Assembly (NCBI GenBank): GCA_977020255.1
Contig: CDROCS010006015.1
Location: 1-64,000 of the forward strand
Length of the DNA: 64,000 nt
DNA from: Obrimoposthia wandeli
Lineage: Eukaryota
Reading direction: 5' to 3'
Made by a program: the position numbers and the translations under genes. A model generated the notes under the pieces. It saw only the letters and a program-made list of their open reading frames with translations, was not told the DNA's origin and searched no databases. Of the stretch, positions 8,518 through 16,708 are shown piece after piece. Numbering within the stretch: the first letter of the stretch is position 1; each line of letters begins with the position of its first letter.

Positions 8518-8546
8518 GTAATGCGGGATTTAGTAAGGCTTAATTA

Positions 8547-8603
8547 GTCCCTGAATATTTTAAAATTATCGGTGAAGTTATTTGGTCTGGGCAGAGAATG
8601 TAA
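8547..8603 (+). pseudogene. Relic 3' end of a former S24 repressor gene (VPEYFKIIGEVIWSGQRM*)
   Basis: Shares AAATTATCGGTGAAGT with cI (8432-8447 vs 8563-8578). Copy B reads VPEDFEIIGEVIWSGQRM*. Confidence 0.6.
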
Positions 8604-8631
8604 GCAGCTGTTGTCAGCAGCTGCTTACATT
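8597..8631. terminator. Hairpin between the convergent cI and DUF4041-like genes
   Basis: AATGTAAGCAGCTG-N7-CAGCTGCTTACATT, 14-bp stem; compensatory change in copy B. Confidence 0.7.
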
Positions 8632-8633
8632 AG

Positions 8634-10265
8634 TTAAGAAGCCATGGCTACTTCATTTTGTTTCGTAATAGCCAAAGACTCTCTATATTCAGCGGCGTCC
8701 GCTTTCATGGTCCAATGCACCTCTTCAATACCTTGCTGGTCAACTGCTTGTTTGATTGCAGCGAGTGACACATTGAAGAATTCTTTTCTGAAGTTAATCT
8801 TGTTCACTGAGTCTAACTTGAATTTTTCATGCAACTTTTTTTCCAACTTAGGTGCATCTTCGCTGTAAAGCATTGCGTGAACATCAAATGAAAATGGCAC
8901 TGAAGCATCACCAAGTTCTTTTACCCTGTCCATAGGCTCTAATCGGCGAGTCATGCCAATTTTAAAGACTTCTTCACCAAAGCTACCAATATTACTAATC
9001 ACGTAAACATGACCACGACGCGTTTGCTGAGCCATAGACATTGCACGCACACCTCGTTCGCTAGCTTCAGCAAGTTTACCTTCTAATTCAGCTAGCTTAG
9101 CCTCAAACTCTAAGCGTTGATCATCATTAGCACCAGCCAACTCCGCACGTGCTGTTTCAAGTGTTTTTTGGATAAGTGCTTCTTCTTTTTGAGCTGCTTT
9201 AATCGCTTTATCCATTTCTCGTTGGGCTTTTTCTTCCTCACGAATTTGCTGTTTAATTTCTCTCTGCTCTTCAAGCTCTATTTGGCGAAGCTCATAAGTA
9301 GCAACAGCCCATTTCAATTCATCAAGTCGAGCATCTAAGAAATCTTGATTAATACGTGCATCTCTAAATGATTTACCATTGTGATTAACAAGAGCAAAAG
9401 CATCTATTATTTCTTGTTTTATTTTGCCGTAATTATCAACTTTTACTTTCGCTAATGCAGAATCTACCTTGCCATTAAAAGCATCTACAACAAAGTGCTC
9501 TGCATACAGTTTTCTTTGTTTTTCAACATAATCACAAGTACCGGCCATGCTTTGCTTAACCAGTAATTTAACTAAAGCCCTAGTCTTCTTAAGCTCTGCG
9601 CCAGCTTCTTTATGGCTAAATTCATCAGCCAAATCATCAAGAACGGAATGATTCGGAATGATATAATCATCTCGATAACCTTCAATGGTATTTTTCATTG
9701 CTTTAATAGCTTTAGCATACGTATCCGCTTTTTCTTTTGCTTCATAAGCATCACCAGCAATTTCTTGTGCTTGTGTTTTAGCGGAAGTAACCACCCTATC
9801 GGCTTCAGTTCGAGCGCTTTCAATTATGGTTAATGCTTTTTCATTTGCGCCATTAATCTTCAAATTTGCTTTAGCCGTTAGCTCTTTAGCTGCTGTTTTA
9901 TCTGCACTAATTTCACTATAGGCTTCATATTTTTCAGTGCTTATCTTTCGTTCCGCATCATTGATTTTATTTCTTAACTTATCTTCTTCAGCATTGATGT
10001 ATGTTTTTGACTTAGCGATATCTTGCTGTATCCCTAAATTAGACTTTTCAATTTCCTGCTTAATATGTTCTTCTATATCAATAATATTCCCATACTTACC
10101 TGTTAGCATTTCAACTTCAGATTTGTATTTTTCTAACTCAACTTCTGTATCATCAATAATTTTATTCAACTTTCTCTTTGCCATTCGCCCAGTAATAAAT
10201 AATATTATTGGTAATAGGATCAAACAAGAAATAAATATAATCGCACCCAATGCACCGTCTTCCAT
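8634..10265 (-). CDS. Membrane-anchored coiled-coil protein with DUF4041 and T5orf172/GIY-YIG-like C-terminal domain
   Basis: N-terminal TM; long heptad region; GHVYVISNIGSFG...FKIGMTRR...RV.EL..ASVPF.FDVH motif. Confidence 0.85.
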   Translation of the reverse strand: MEDGALGAIIFISCLILLPIILFITGRMAKRKLNKIIDDTEVELEKYKSEVEMLTGKYGNIIDIEEHIKQEIEKSNLGIQQDIAKSKTYINAEEDKLRNKINDAERKISTEKYEAYSEISADKTAAKELTAKANLKINGANEKALTIIESARTEADRVVTSAKTQAQEIAGDAYEAKEKADTYAKAIKAMKNTIEGYRDDYIIPNHSVLDDLADEFSHKEAGAELKKTRALVKLLVKQSMAGTCDYVEKQRKLYAEHFVVDAFNGKVDSALAKVKVDNYGKIKQEIIDAFALVNHNGKSFRDARINQDFLDARLDELKWAVATYELRQIELEEQREIKQQIREEEKAQREMDKAIKAAQKEEALIQKTLETARAELAGANDDQRLEFEAKLAELEGKLAEASERGVRAMSMAQQTRRGHVYVISNIGSFGEEVFKIGMTRRLEPMDRVKELGDASVPFSFDVHAMLYSEDAPKLEKKLHEKFKLDSVNKINFRKEFFNVSLAAIKQAVDQQGIEEVHWTMKADAAEYRESLAITKQNEVAMAS

Positions 10266-10336
10266 AGCAACCTTCTAAAATTAAAATGTAAAAATATAAC
10301 TGCAAGTAGTATTACTTCAAACAGCAGTTTCGTAAT

Positions 10337-10597
10337 CTATAAACCCTTCCACGTAACGTAAGTTTTATTTGCAAAGAAAAGAGTGAACACAGTTAGCACG
10401 ACAGGCATTAGCCAGCGAACGAGCAATAGTGGTGCTATCGCTTCGGCTACATACCCTGAAGGACTAGCACTTAAACACCAGTTAATTGACAACATAGTAA
10501 GCACTGCCATCACCAGTGTAATAATGAGACCTACAGGCCAAAACCATCCCGTTACTTCATAAAGCTGTTCTATGATCTGTTCTTTTTTTCTCGCCAT
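10337..10597 (-). CDS. Small 2-TM membrane protein
   Basis: Two hydrophobic segments; identical in both copies. Confidence 0.7.
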   Translation of the reverse strand: MARKKEQIIEQLYEVTGWFWPVGLIITLVMAVLTMLSINWCLSASPSGYVAEAIAPLLLVRWLMPVVLTVFTLFFANKTYVTWKGL

Positions 10598-10707
10598 TTA
10601 ATATCCTTATGGGATAGCTATTTGTGGTTAGGGTATAACTATACCCAGATTTATAGCGTTGATTAGTGACATTAATTACATAATGAGGGAATTTTTTGAG
10701 TAGGTAT

Positions 10708-10730
10708 AAAAAAGCCTCCGTGTGGAGGCT
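10708..10730 (-). terminator. Terminator of the GHKL-STAS-TM operon
   Basis: AGCCTCC-gtgt-GGAGGCT with an A6 tract on the plus strand (U tail on minus). Confidence 0.75.
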
Positions 10731-10758
10731 CTGACTTATGAATTAGACGGCTAATTAC

Positions 10759-11232
10759 CTACTGAATAACCCACAAAACTATTTCTATTAATGCATACAT
10801 ACTTAAAGCAGAACAAAAAACACCAGCTAATGTATATCTATTTATATAAAAAATAGCATATTTACTTTGTACTTTTTCATGAAAGCAAGTGTCTATGTGT
10901 TCAACAGCATCGTAGCATCGGTTTGTTAAATCCGTCTGAGAACTCTCTACATCAAATGTAAAAATAGCACTTATAGGTTTACTTTTAACTGAAACAATCT
11001 CCGTATCAACAAGTGAGTTAAACTCTTTTATCTTATTCTCAATACGAGCAAATTTATGTGAAAATGTTGTTTCCTTTACTAAGGTCCCAACATCCTCTTT
11101 ATACTCTTTAATTAAGCTATATATCTCATCAATAATGGCTTCTTTTGTATTATATAATGCCGTTCTTTTTAAAGTATTTATATGAATGAATACTGCCAAC
11201 AGCCAACTCATAGCATAAATTGCGTAGCTCAT
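10759..11232 (-). CDS. 2-TM protein with a helical soluble middle; putative effector
   Basis: Hydrophobic N- and C-terminal segments; TAATG overlap with the STAS gene stop. Confidence 0.75.
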   Translation of the reverse strand: MSYAIYAMSWLLAVFIHINTLKRTALYNTKEAIIDEIYSLIKEYKEDVGTLVKETTFSHKFARIENKIKEFNSLVDTEIVSVKSKPISAIFTFDVESSQTDLTNRCYDAVEHIDTCFHEKVQSKYAIFYINRYTLAGVFCSALSMYALIEIVLWVIQ

Positions 11233-11582
11233 TACAGCCTCGCAAGTCGATCAGCTTCAGCCTCTCTGATACGCTCATCAATAATAGTAATTACAGATGT
11301 TAAGTGATCATGTTTATAAATAAGTTTTTCATCCAATTCAGCTTTAATGAATCCAGATTTCCTAATCAATGCTCCAAACCCTTCATCAAGGAACGAGCGA
11401 CCGTAACGATTATATCCAGTTAAATCTACAGTCACCTGGTCATATTCACGTAAATCAACAGCTAGCATGTCCTCTCGAAATGTTTGCCCTGAAGTCTCAG
11501 GACAAGTAGTGCAGTCATCTCTGTATCTGCCATATGGCTTCGCATGAAAATCTTCAACAAGCAAAATTGTTTTATTATTCAC
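11232..11582 (-). CDS. Stand-alone STAS-like (DUF4325-type) protein
   Basis: PYGRY...SGQTFRE...VTVDLTG...GRSFLDEGFG.L motif; GTG start 1 bp after the kinase stop. Confidence 0.8.
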   Translation of the reverse strand: MNNKTILLVEDFHAKPYGRYRDDCTTCPETSGQTFREDMLAVDLREYDQVTVDLTGYNRYGRSFLDEGFGALIRKSGFIKAELDEKLIYKHDHLTSVITIIDERIREAEADRLARL

Positions 11583-11583
11583 T

Positions 11584-12699
11584 TTAAATACTCCACTGAA
11601 TCAATGTTCCTTGAATTTTATATTCTGGATTAGATAGATTACTTTCATTATCGCTCTGTTCATTAGTATAACGATAAAAGCCGTAATTACTAAACATAAG
11701 CAAAAAGCTTCGTTCATCTCCTTCTGATATCAAAGCCTTAATACTCTTACTACCTTGCCCATGACCTGCAACGTCGGTTGATGTTGTATTTTTATGCATT
11801 GCAGCACGAATGAATTGGCCATCGCTTAAACTTTTTCGTAACACTTTAACTTTAACTAATTCAGCCCATTTTTTGAAAACTGAATCATCACGAATTGAAT
11901 CTTTAATGCTTCCATTAAACGCATCTGGATAAAGTGCGTTAATTCTAGAAAGAATAACTTCGTTGTTCTCTGATAGTGAATCAGGAATGCCGACACCAGC
12001 ATCATAAATGACAATAAAAAGGTTATCCCCTAATCTATCACAACAAAACCACCACTTTTTATTTTCGTGTAATTCTTCATCAGGATACGCATGTCGTCCT
12101 ACATTATCAAAAGTTTCGGTTATTGCAGAGCTTATTTGCTGCTCTTTTTCTGCTGACGCCCCTGGGAAGTAGGAATCTAAGATGTAATCAACGATTAGTT
12201 CCTTCAATTCTGAAACTCGAGCATTATCGCCCATGATGACCGGTAGTGTGGTCGTATCTTTAATGCTAGTTTCTCTTTTTTCTGCCGTGAGGAATAGCCC
12301 TGAACCTTTAATAGTACCGTTGACTTCTTTTGACTTTTTAGACCAGATAATACCAATTTTAGTGTTCACATTATGAATATTTCGAACCTGATCAATGATT
12401 GAATATATGACAAGAACAGGCATCGCTTTTAATATTTTGGTTTGACTAAATGATATGTAAATCGATTCTGGATTTCTCGCTAGCGCAGCTTTTAATTTTT
12501 CAAAGAATTCATAGCATGAAAAATTTTCTCCCTGCATTAAATCAACACAAGTTGGAGCATCCACAATTTCAGCACCAAAAAGCTGTTTGTTTTTCTCTTT
12601 TATTCGTGTTTGATAATTTAATGAACTAGCTTCTCTTTTTTGCTCTCTTAACTTTATTAAATTACGCTTTCTAGAATTTAACTGTTCAAACTTTCTCAT
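11584..12699 (-). CDS. GHKL (HATPase_c-like) ATPase/kinase with an N-terminal STAS-like region
   Basis: N box TETFDNVGRHAY, G1 YDAGVGIP, G2 GHGQG, terminal GTLIQW; no HisKA helix seen. Confidence 0.8.
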   Translation of the reverse strand: MRKFEQLNSRKRNLIKLREQKREASSLNYQTRIKEKNKQLFGAEIVDAPTCVDLMQGENFSCYEFFEKLKAALARNPESIYISFSQTKILKAMPVLVIYSIIDQVRNIHNVNTKIGIIWSKKSKEVNGTIKGSGLFLTAEKRETSIKDTTTLPVIMGDNARVSELKELIVDYILDSYFPGASAEKEQQISSAITETFDNVGRHAYPDEELHENKKWWFCCDRLGDNLFIVIYDAGVGIPDSLSENNEVILSRINALYPDAFNGSIKDSIRDDSVFKKWAELVKVKVLRKSLSDGQFIRAAMHKNTTSTDVAGHGQGSKSIKALISEGDERSFLLMFSNYGFYRYTNEQSDNESNLSNPEYKIQGTLIQWSI

Positions 12700-12981
12700 T
12701 AAAAATTTCCAATATTGATAGTTTATCTAGAATAAATGGAGCGATAAAAATTAATTAAAGCATTTGATATAAATCTAATTGATAGTTAATAACGTCCATT
12801 GTTATAAGTGATCTAGTATATCAACAATTTAACACGGTTCAATGCAATTCGGTGCAGCTCAATCATCCTGTAGTGTATAGAAAGTTTTATTTAGGTGGGA
12901 GGCATTCTCACACAGCTTGTAAAGACCCATGTTTATTCACTTGCGATCAAACATAGCTTACTTTGATAACATGCATTATAA

Positions 12982-12997
12982 CTGTATATAAAAACAG
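12982..12997. promoter_or_regulatory. LexA (SOS) box upstream of the integrase
   Basis: CTGTATATAAAAACAG, 11 bp before TATAAT (13009-13014). Conserved at 47595-47610. Confidence 0.85.
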
Positions 12998-13053
12998 TGC
13001 TTGTGACTTATAATCTCAGACACATCTTTTTTACACGTTATAGGAACCCCTTC

Positions 13054-14112
13054 ATGTCTGTTCGCAATCTCAAAGATGGCAACAAAAAACCTTGGCTATG
13101 CGAATGTTATCCCAACGGCACCGCTGGTCGTCGTATTCGGAAACGCTTTGCCACAAAAAGTGAGGCAACGGCTTTTGAGCATCACACAATAAAAGAAACC
13201 GAAAAGAAACCATGGTTGGGAACAAAAAAAGATAAACGGCATTTACTTGAATTGATAGACTTGTGGCACAAGCTACACGGCAAAAACTTAAAAAGTGGGG
13301 ACCAATCCTATAACAGACTGCAAGTCATCTGTGAGCAGCTAAATAACCCCGTTGCCGCTGAGTTAACAGCTAATGATTACGTTCATTACCGTGCAACGCG
13401 CTTATCTGTTCGTAATAGCGAAGAGTCATTAGCGAAATCAACTCATAATTATGAGATCACAATATTGAATACCGTCTTCAATGAGCTGATTAAGATGGAT
13501 GAATGGAAACTACCAAACCCGTTTATCAAGCTAAAGAAGTTTAAACTTGAAGAAAAGCCACCTTCTTTTTTAAATGACAAACAAATAGATTTCTTGTTAG
13601 AAGAGATCAATCCAACCCCGCTCGATGTCGATATTGACCGGGTAATTAAAATTTGTTTATCAACCGGTAGTCGAGTGATGGAAGCCGTGAATTTAAATGT
13701 AACTCAATTATCAAAATACAAGATCACTTTTACCAACACAAAAGGCAAACGCAACAGAACGGTACCTATATCAAAAGATCTATACGACGAAATACACAGT
13801 GATGTTGCGGGTCAATTATTTTCATGCACTTATAATGACATTAGGGATAGGATAAGAAGTAGCATAGATGAATTGCCAAAAGGACAGGCCACCCACATAT
13901 TACGGCATACATTCGCAAGTCATTTTATGATGAATGGCGGTAATATCTTAGTATTACAACAGATTTTAGGCCATACTAATATTAAGCAGACAATGGCATA
14001 TTCTCATTTTGCACCGTCACATTTAAATGACGCTATATTGCTTAACCCTCTTGATATGAGGAGAAAAAGTGGCGGCCAGCAAATTCAATCGCCACTTAAT
14101 CGCCACAAATAA
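13054..14112 (+). CDS. int: Tyrosine integrase, HP1/186 type (352 aa from the ATG at 13054)
   Basis: STGSR, HILRHTFASHFMMNGGNI and LGH...T..Y catalytic motifs. Confidence 0.95.
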   Translation: MSVRNLKDGNKKPWLCECYPNGTAGRRIRKRFATKSEATAFEHHTIKETEKKPWLGTKKDKRHLLELIDLWHKLHGKNLKSGDQSYNRLQVICEQLNNPVAAELTANDYVHYRATRLSVRNSEESLAKSTHNYEITILNTVFNELIKMDEWKLPNPFIKLKKFKLEEKPPSFLNDKQIDFLLEEINPTPLDVDIDRVIKICLSTGSRVMEAVNLNVTQLSKYKITFTNTKGKRNRTVPISKDLYDEIHSDVAGQLFSCTYNDIRDRIRSSIDELPKGQATHILRHTFASHFMMNGGNILVLQQILGHTNIKQTMAYSHFAPSHLNDAILLNPLDMRRKSGGQQIQSPLNRHK

Positions 14113-14318
14113 AACAATTAAATGTAAGTAATTGATTTAAAAGGCGTTAACTCGTAAGTAATTCATAGGTAAAATATTACCTATTCTTTAGCCCATTAAT
14201 GGTAACTCATTGAAAAACAACTAAATCATTGTTTTTCAATGTTTATTAAATTATCCTCTCTACGCATATAGCCACATTTAGCCGTGTATAGTCACCAGTT
14301 GACCGCCACTTAATCGCC
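14090..14318. repeat. attP-like junction: arm repeats, IHF site and core
   Basis: CGCCACTTAATCGCC at 14090-14104 and 14304-14318 flanks the palindromic core ATAGGTAA-AATA-TTACCTAT (14165-14184). IHF consensus match AATCAATTACTTA on the minus strand at 14125-14137. Confidence 0.8.
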
Positions 14319-14366
14319 TTCATAACTGACCACTTTAGCGTTTTCTTCATTTTACAATTTAAAGGC

Positions 14367-14564
14367 TTACGTCACTTGATACTGCCCAGCGGAACTACCA
14401 CCCGGCACCACGACCAATCCATTAGCCGTTATTTCATCGACAACCGCATTAGCAATTGCTTCGGCAAATTTACCTGCCATTGCAAATTCACCATCAAGCA
14501 CAAAGCCTTGTGCTTTAAGTTCTGTTTCCAACTTTCCTTTTAGCGAACTCTTACTCAATGCCAT
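14367..14564 (-). CDS. Small conserved tail-region protein, 65 aa (start MALSK)
   Basis: Last gene of the tail operon, coupled to the spike gene. Confidence 0.7.
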   Translation of the reverse strand: MALSKSSLKGKLETELKAQGFVLDGEFAMAGKFAEAIANAVVDEITANGLVVVPGGSSAGQYQVT

Positions 14565-14565
14565 A

Positions 14566-15330
14566 TTATTTCCCTGCAAATACTGTTGTTGATACATCTA
14601 CATGTGGTGAACCAGTGAATGGGCACATAGTTTTACCAGTGCATACACCAGCGCCGCCATTTAATTTAATTGTGTCAGCATCTTCAATTATATTTTTGGC
14701 TTTAATGATCAAGTCTTTCGATACGGTTAAGCTGGCTTGACCTTCTATTTTTTCAACTTTATTTTTGAGAATGGTGATCTCTTCATTTTGTTTCACCACA
14801 ATTTTTCGCATCTGCTCAATAATAGCGGTGTAATTGCTGGCGTTAACGGTTCTATCTATACAGCTTAAGTTGGCATTTTTGTCTGTGGTGCTGTCGAAAT
14901 TACCGGCTTCGTCTACGTGATGGTAAACACCTTTTCGTTTTTGATAACGGCTTTCACCTTGTTTGATACCAGGTAACTTAAATCCCAACGGTAAGACGCA
15001 CCGGATAAAAGGTTTATCTGGCTGTCCGAGCATAAAACCCAGTTCAACAATACTGCCTATTGCTGGCGGCTCTAATCGACCGGCATGATCACCAAGTCCG
15101 GGAACCGGCAAAGGTACAGCTTGCAGTGCTGGCTTGTCTTCATATTCCATGCCTTTCTCATCGAGCAGCTGCACATCAACGGCATAGTGAGGATAAAAGC
15201 GTTCAGAAAAATCACCTTCCTTTGGTAGTTCTGGCAATGCAACCACTTTGCCCCATCGTGGTAAGTGCCACTGACCTGTGAATTCAGGAAACAAGCGGAA
15301 GATAATACGCTTAATAACATTTACATCCAT
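14566..15330 (-). CDS. Baseplate spike / gpV-like protein
   Basis: OB-fold-like N-terminus (YAVDVQLLD...GSIVELGF), beta-repeat C-terminus with CTG...CPF.G..H tip. Confidence 0.7.
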   Translation of the reverse strand: MDVNVIKRIIFRLFPEFTGQWHLPRWGKVVALPELPKEGDFSERFYPHYAVDVQLLDEKGMEYEDKPALQAVPLPVPGLGDHAGRLEPPAIGSIVELGFMLGQPDKPFIRCVLPLGFKLPGIKQGESRYQKRKGVYHHVDEAGNFDSTTDKNANLSCIDRTVNASNYTAIIEQMRKIVVKQNEEITILKNKVEKIEGQASLTVSKDLIIKAKNIIEDADTIKLNGGAGVCTGKTMCPFTGSPHVDVSTTVFAGK

Positions 15331-16019
15331 GTTAACTTTGCCTCCGTTCCTTCAAACTCGACCCCGACTAAGCGAAGTCCATTAACAACAACACCGGGTC
15401 TTAATTTGGGAATAGCCGGTACCTTTACTGACTTATTCGCCGTGTGGTTGGTCATTAACGCATTGGGGATACTGACTGGCTTATCTGCCCAAAATGAATC
15501 TTTCCAACTACCAACGTAAATTTGCCCGTTACCCTGTTGCTGCCAAAACATATCATCAATACTGAATGCTTGAGCCAGTTCGTCAATCACTCGATAGCCA
15601 TTACCATCGCTATAAAAACAAGGAATGGCAGTTTTGCTGTAGGCCTGTTCTGGTACCACAAATTGCAGGCCTGTTTTGTTGGTTACTTCGCTAAGCAGCT
15701 GCATCAGTGTTGGGTGACGCATGATGATATTAAGCGGTTTGTATAGTATGGCGGCCAGTTCTCGGCAAAAGACTTTTGACCAGCCCTTTTCTGCTGGCTG
15801 TACTCGTTCAATGTAGCCGAGAAATACACGCGTTATCGACTCCCCCCAACCTAAGTCAACAGCAATTATCGTGTTTGGCTCTGGAGCTCCTTCGACGGTG
15901 AGCTGACCGCGCCCAGGTGTATTATCACTAAAGACAATGCGATGGTGTTTTACATTAGTTTTGTGCTTTCCAATGTAAGCACGGCAAAGAAATTTATTGT
16001 TTGTCATGATGGTCACCAC
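15321..16019 (-). CDS. Tail/baseplate hub protein (gpD-like)
   Basis: Position and K139/HP1-type synteny. Confidence 0.55.
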   Translation of the reverse strand: MVTIMTNNKFLCRAYIGKHKTNVKHHRIVFSDNTPGRGQLTVEGAPEPNTIIAVDLGWGESITRVFLGYIERVQPAEKGWSKVFCRELAAILYKPLNIIMRHPTLMQLLSEVTNKTGLQFVVPEQAYSKTAIPCFYSDGNGYRVIDELAQAFSIDDMFWQQQGNGQIYVGSWKDSFWADKPVSIPNALMTNHTANKSVKVPAIPKLRPGVVVNGLRLVGVEFEGTEAKLTWM

Positions 16020-16555
16020 TAGGCCAAGGCATTGTCGATGCTTTTCAGTACTTTCAACACACCCGTTAATTCAACATCCGTATCAGGCGGCACATTTTCA
16101 TTTTGTCCGCTTATCACGGGTGTGCTAACACCTTGCACTTTTTGCTGTGCTGCAACTTTATCCGGTTGACGTTGCTCTACTCGCTCCGGTACAGAAAGAT
16201 GTTCTATCAGTTCAAATGACACACTCCATTGCCGGAGAGTATCTTGCTCATCGGCTCGAATGGCGCCTTGAAACTTTATTTGACGTATCTTCAGCGCTTC
16301 TGCAGTCTGGTTACTGATACGGTAAATTTGGCGAGCACCGTCATCCAGTGCTTCCGCCATCCTGAACAGGCTTGTTAATAGCTGTTTATTGTTAAAAGGA
16401 ATGACGCCTTTCACGTTCATGATTTTCCCTTTACTCCCCGTTTCCGCTTGGTCGGTAGCAGAGGTTTGGCCGGACATATCCTGTCCGGCCAATTGCTGAC
16501 GAACGCTAATGCGTAGGTTCTTTAATGGGAGCTGAGTACCGTTGAGGGTTAGCAT
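16019..16555 (-). CDS. Tail/baseplate protein
   Basis: Synteny with K139/HP1-like tail modules. Confidence 0.55.
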   Translation of the reverse strand: MLTLNGTQLPLKNLRISVRQQLAGQDMSGQTSATDQAETGSKGKIMNVKGVIPFNNKQLLTSLFRMAEALDDGARQIYRISNQTAEALKIRQIKFQGAIRADEQDTLRQWSVSFELIEHLSVPERVEQRQPDKVAAQQKVQGVSTPVISGQNENVPPDTDVELTGVLKVLKSIDNALA

Positions 16556-16708
16556 TTATAACTTCTCGTCGAATTCAGAACGAGCAATGGTTCTCACATC
16601 ACTTTTATCGTTTTTAACATGAAAAATAACTTCCTTTTTATTAATGCTTAAAATAACAATTGGTGTATCTGAATCTTTAAAGGTTATTTCACTATTTATG
16701 TTTATCAT
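16556..16708 (-). CDS. 50-aa AT-rich ORF coupled to the tail fibre (not in the ORF track)
   Basis: ATGA overlap with the fibre stop and TAAATG junction with the next gene; open frame checked by hand. Confidence 0.55.
   Translation of the reverse strand: MININSEITFKDSDTPIVILSINKKEVIFHVKNDKSDVRTIARSEFDEKL

Larger units (their letters stand above)
1..14191. mobile_element. P2/K139-like prophage copy A, partial (ogr to int and att junction)
   Basis: Contains ogr, P2-type rep, cII, cox, cI and a tyrosine integrase. Repeats at about +34.6 kb (position 1 aligns to 34586). Confidence 0.95.

Noticed and set aside
12997-13053. N-terminal extension of the integrase
   Set aside because: Overlaps the promoter and LexA box and is broken in copy B; the ATG at 13054 has an RBS.
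14000-14350. tRNA target or dif site at the att core
   Set aside because: No cloverleaf and no XerC/XerD consensus; the core reads better as a protein-coding 3' end.
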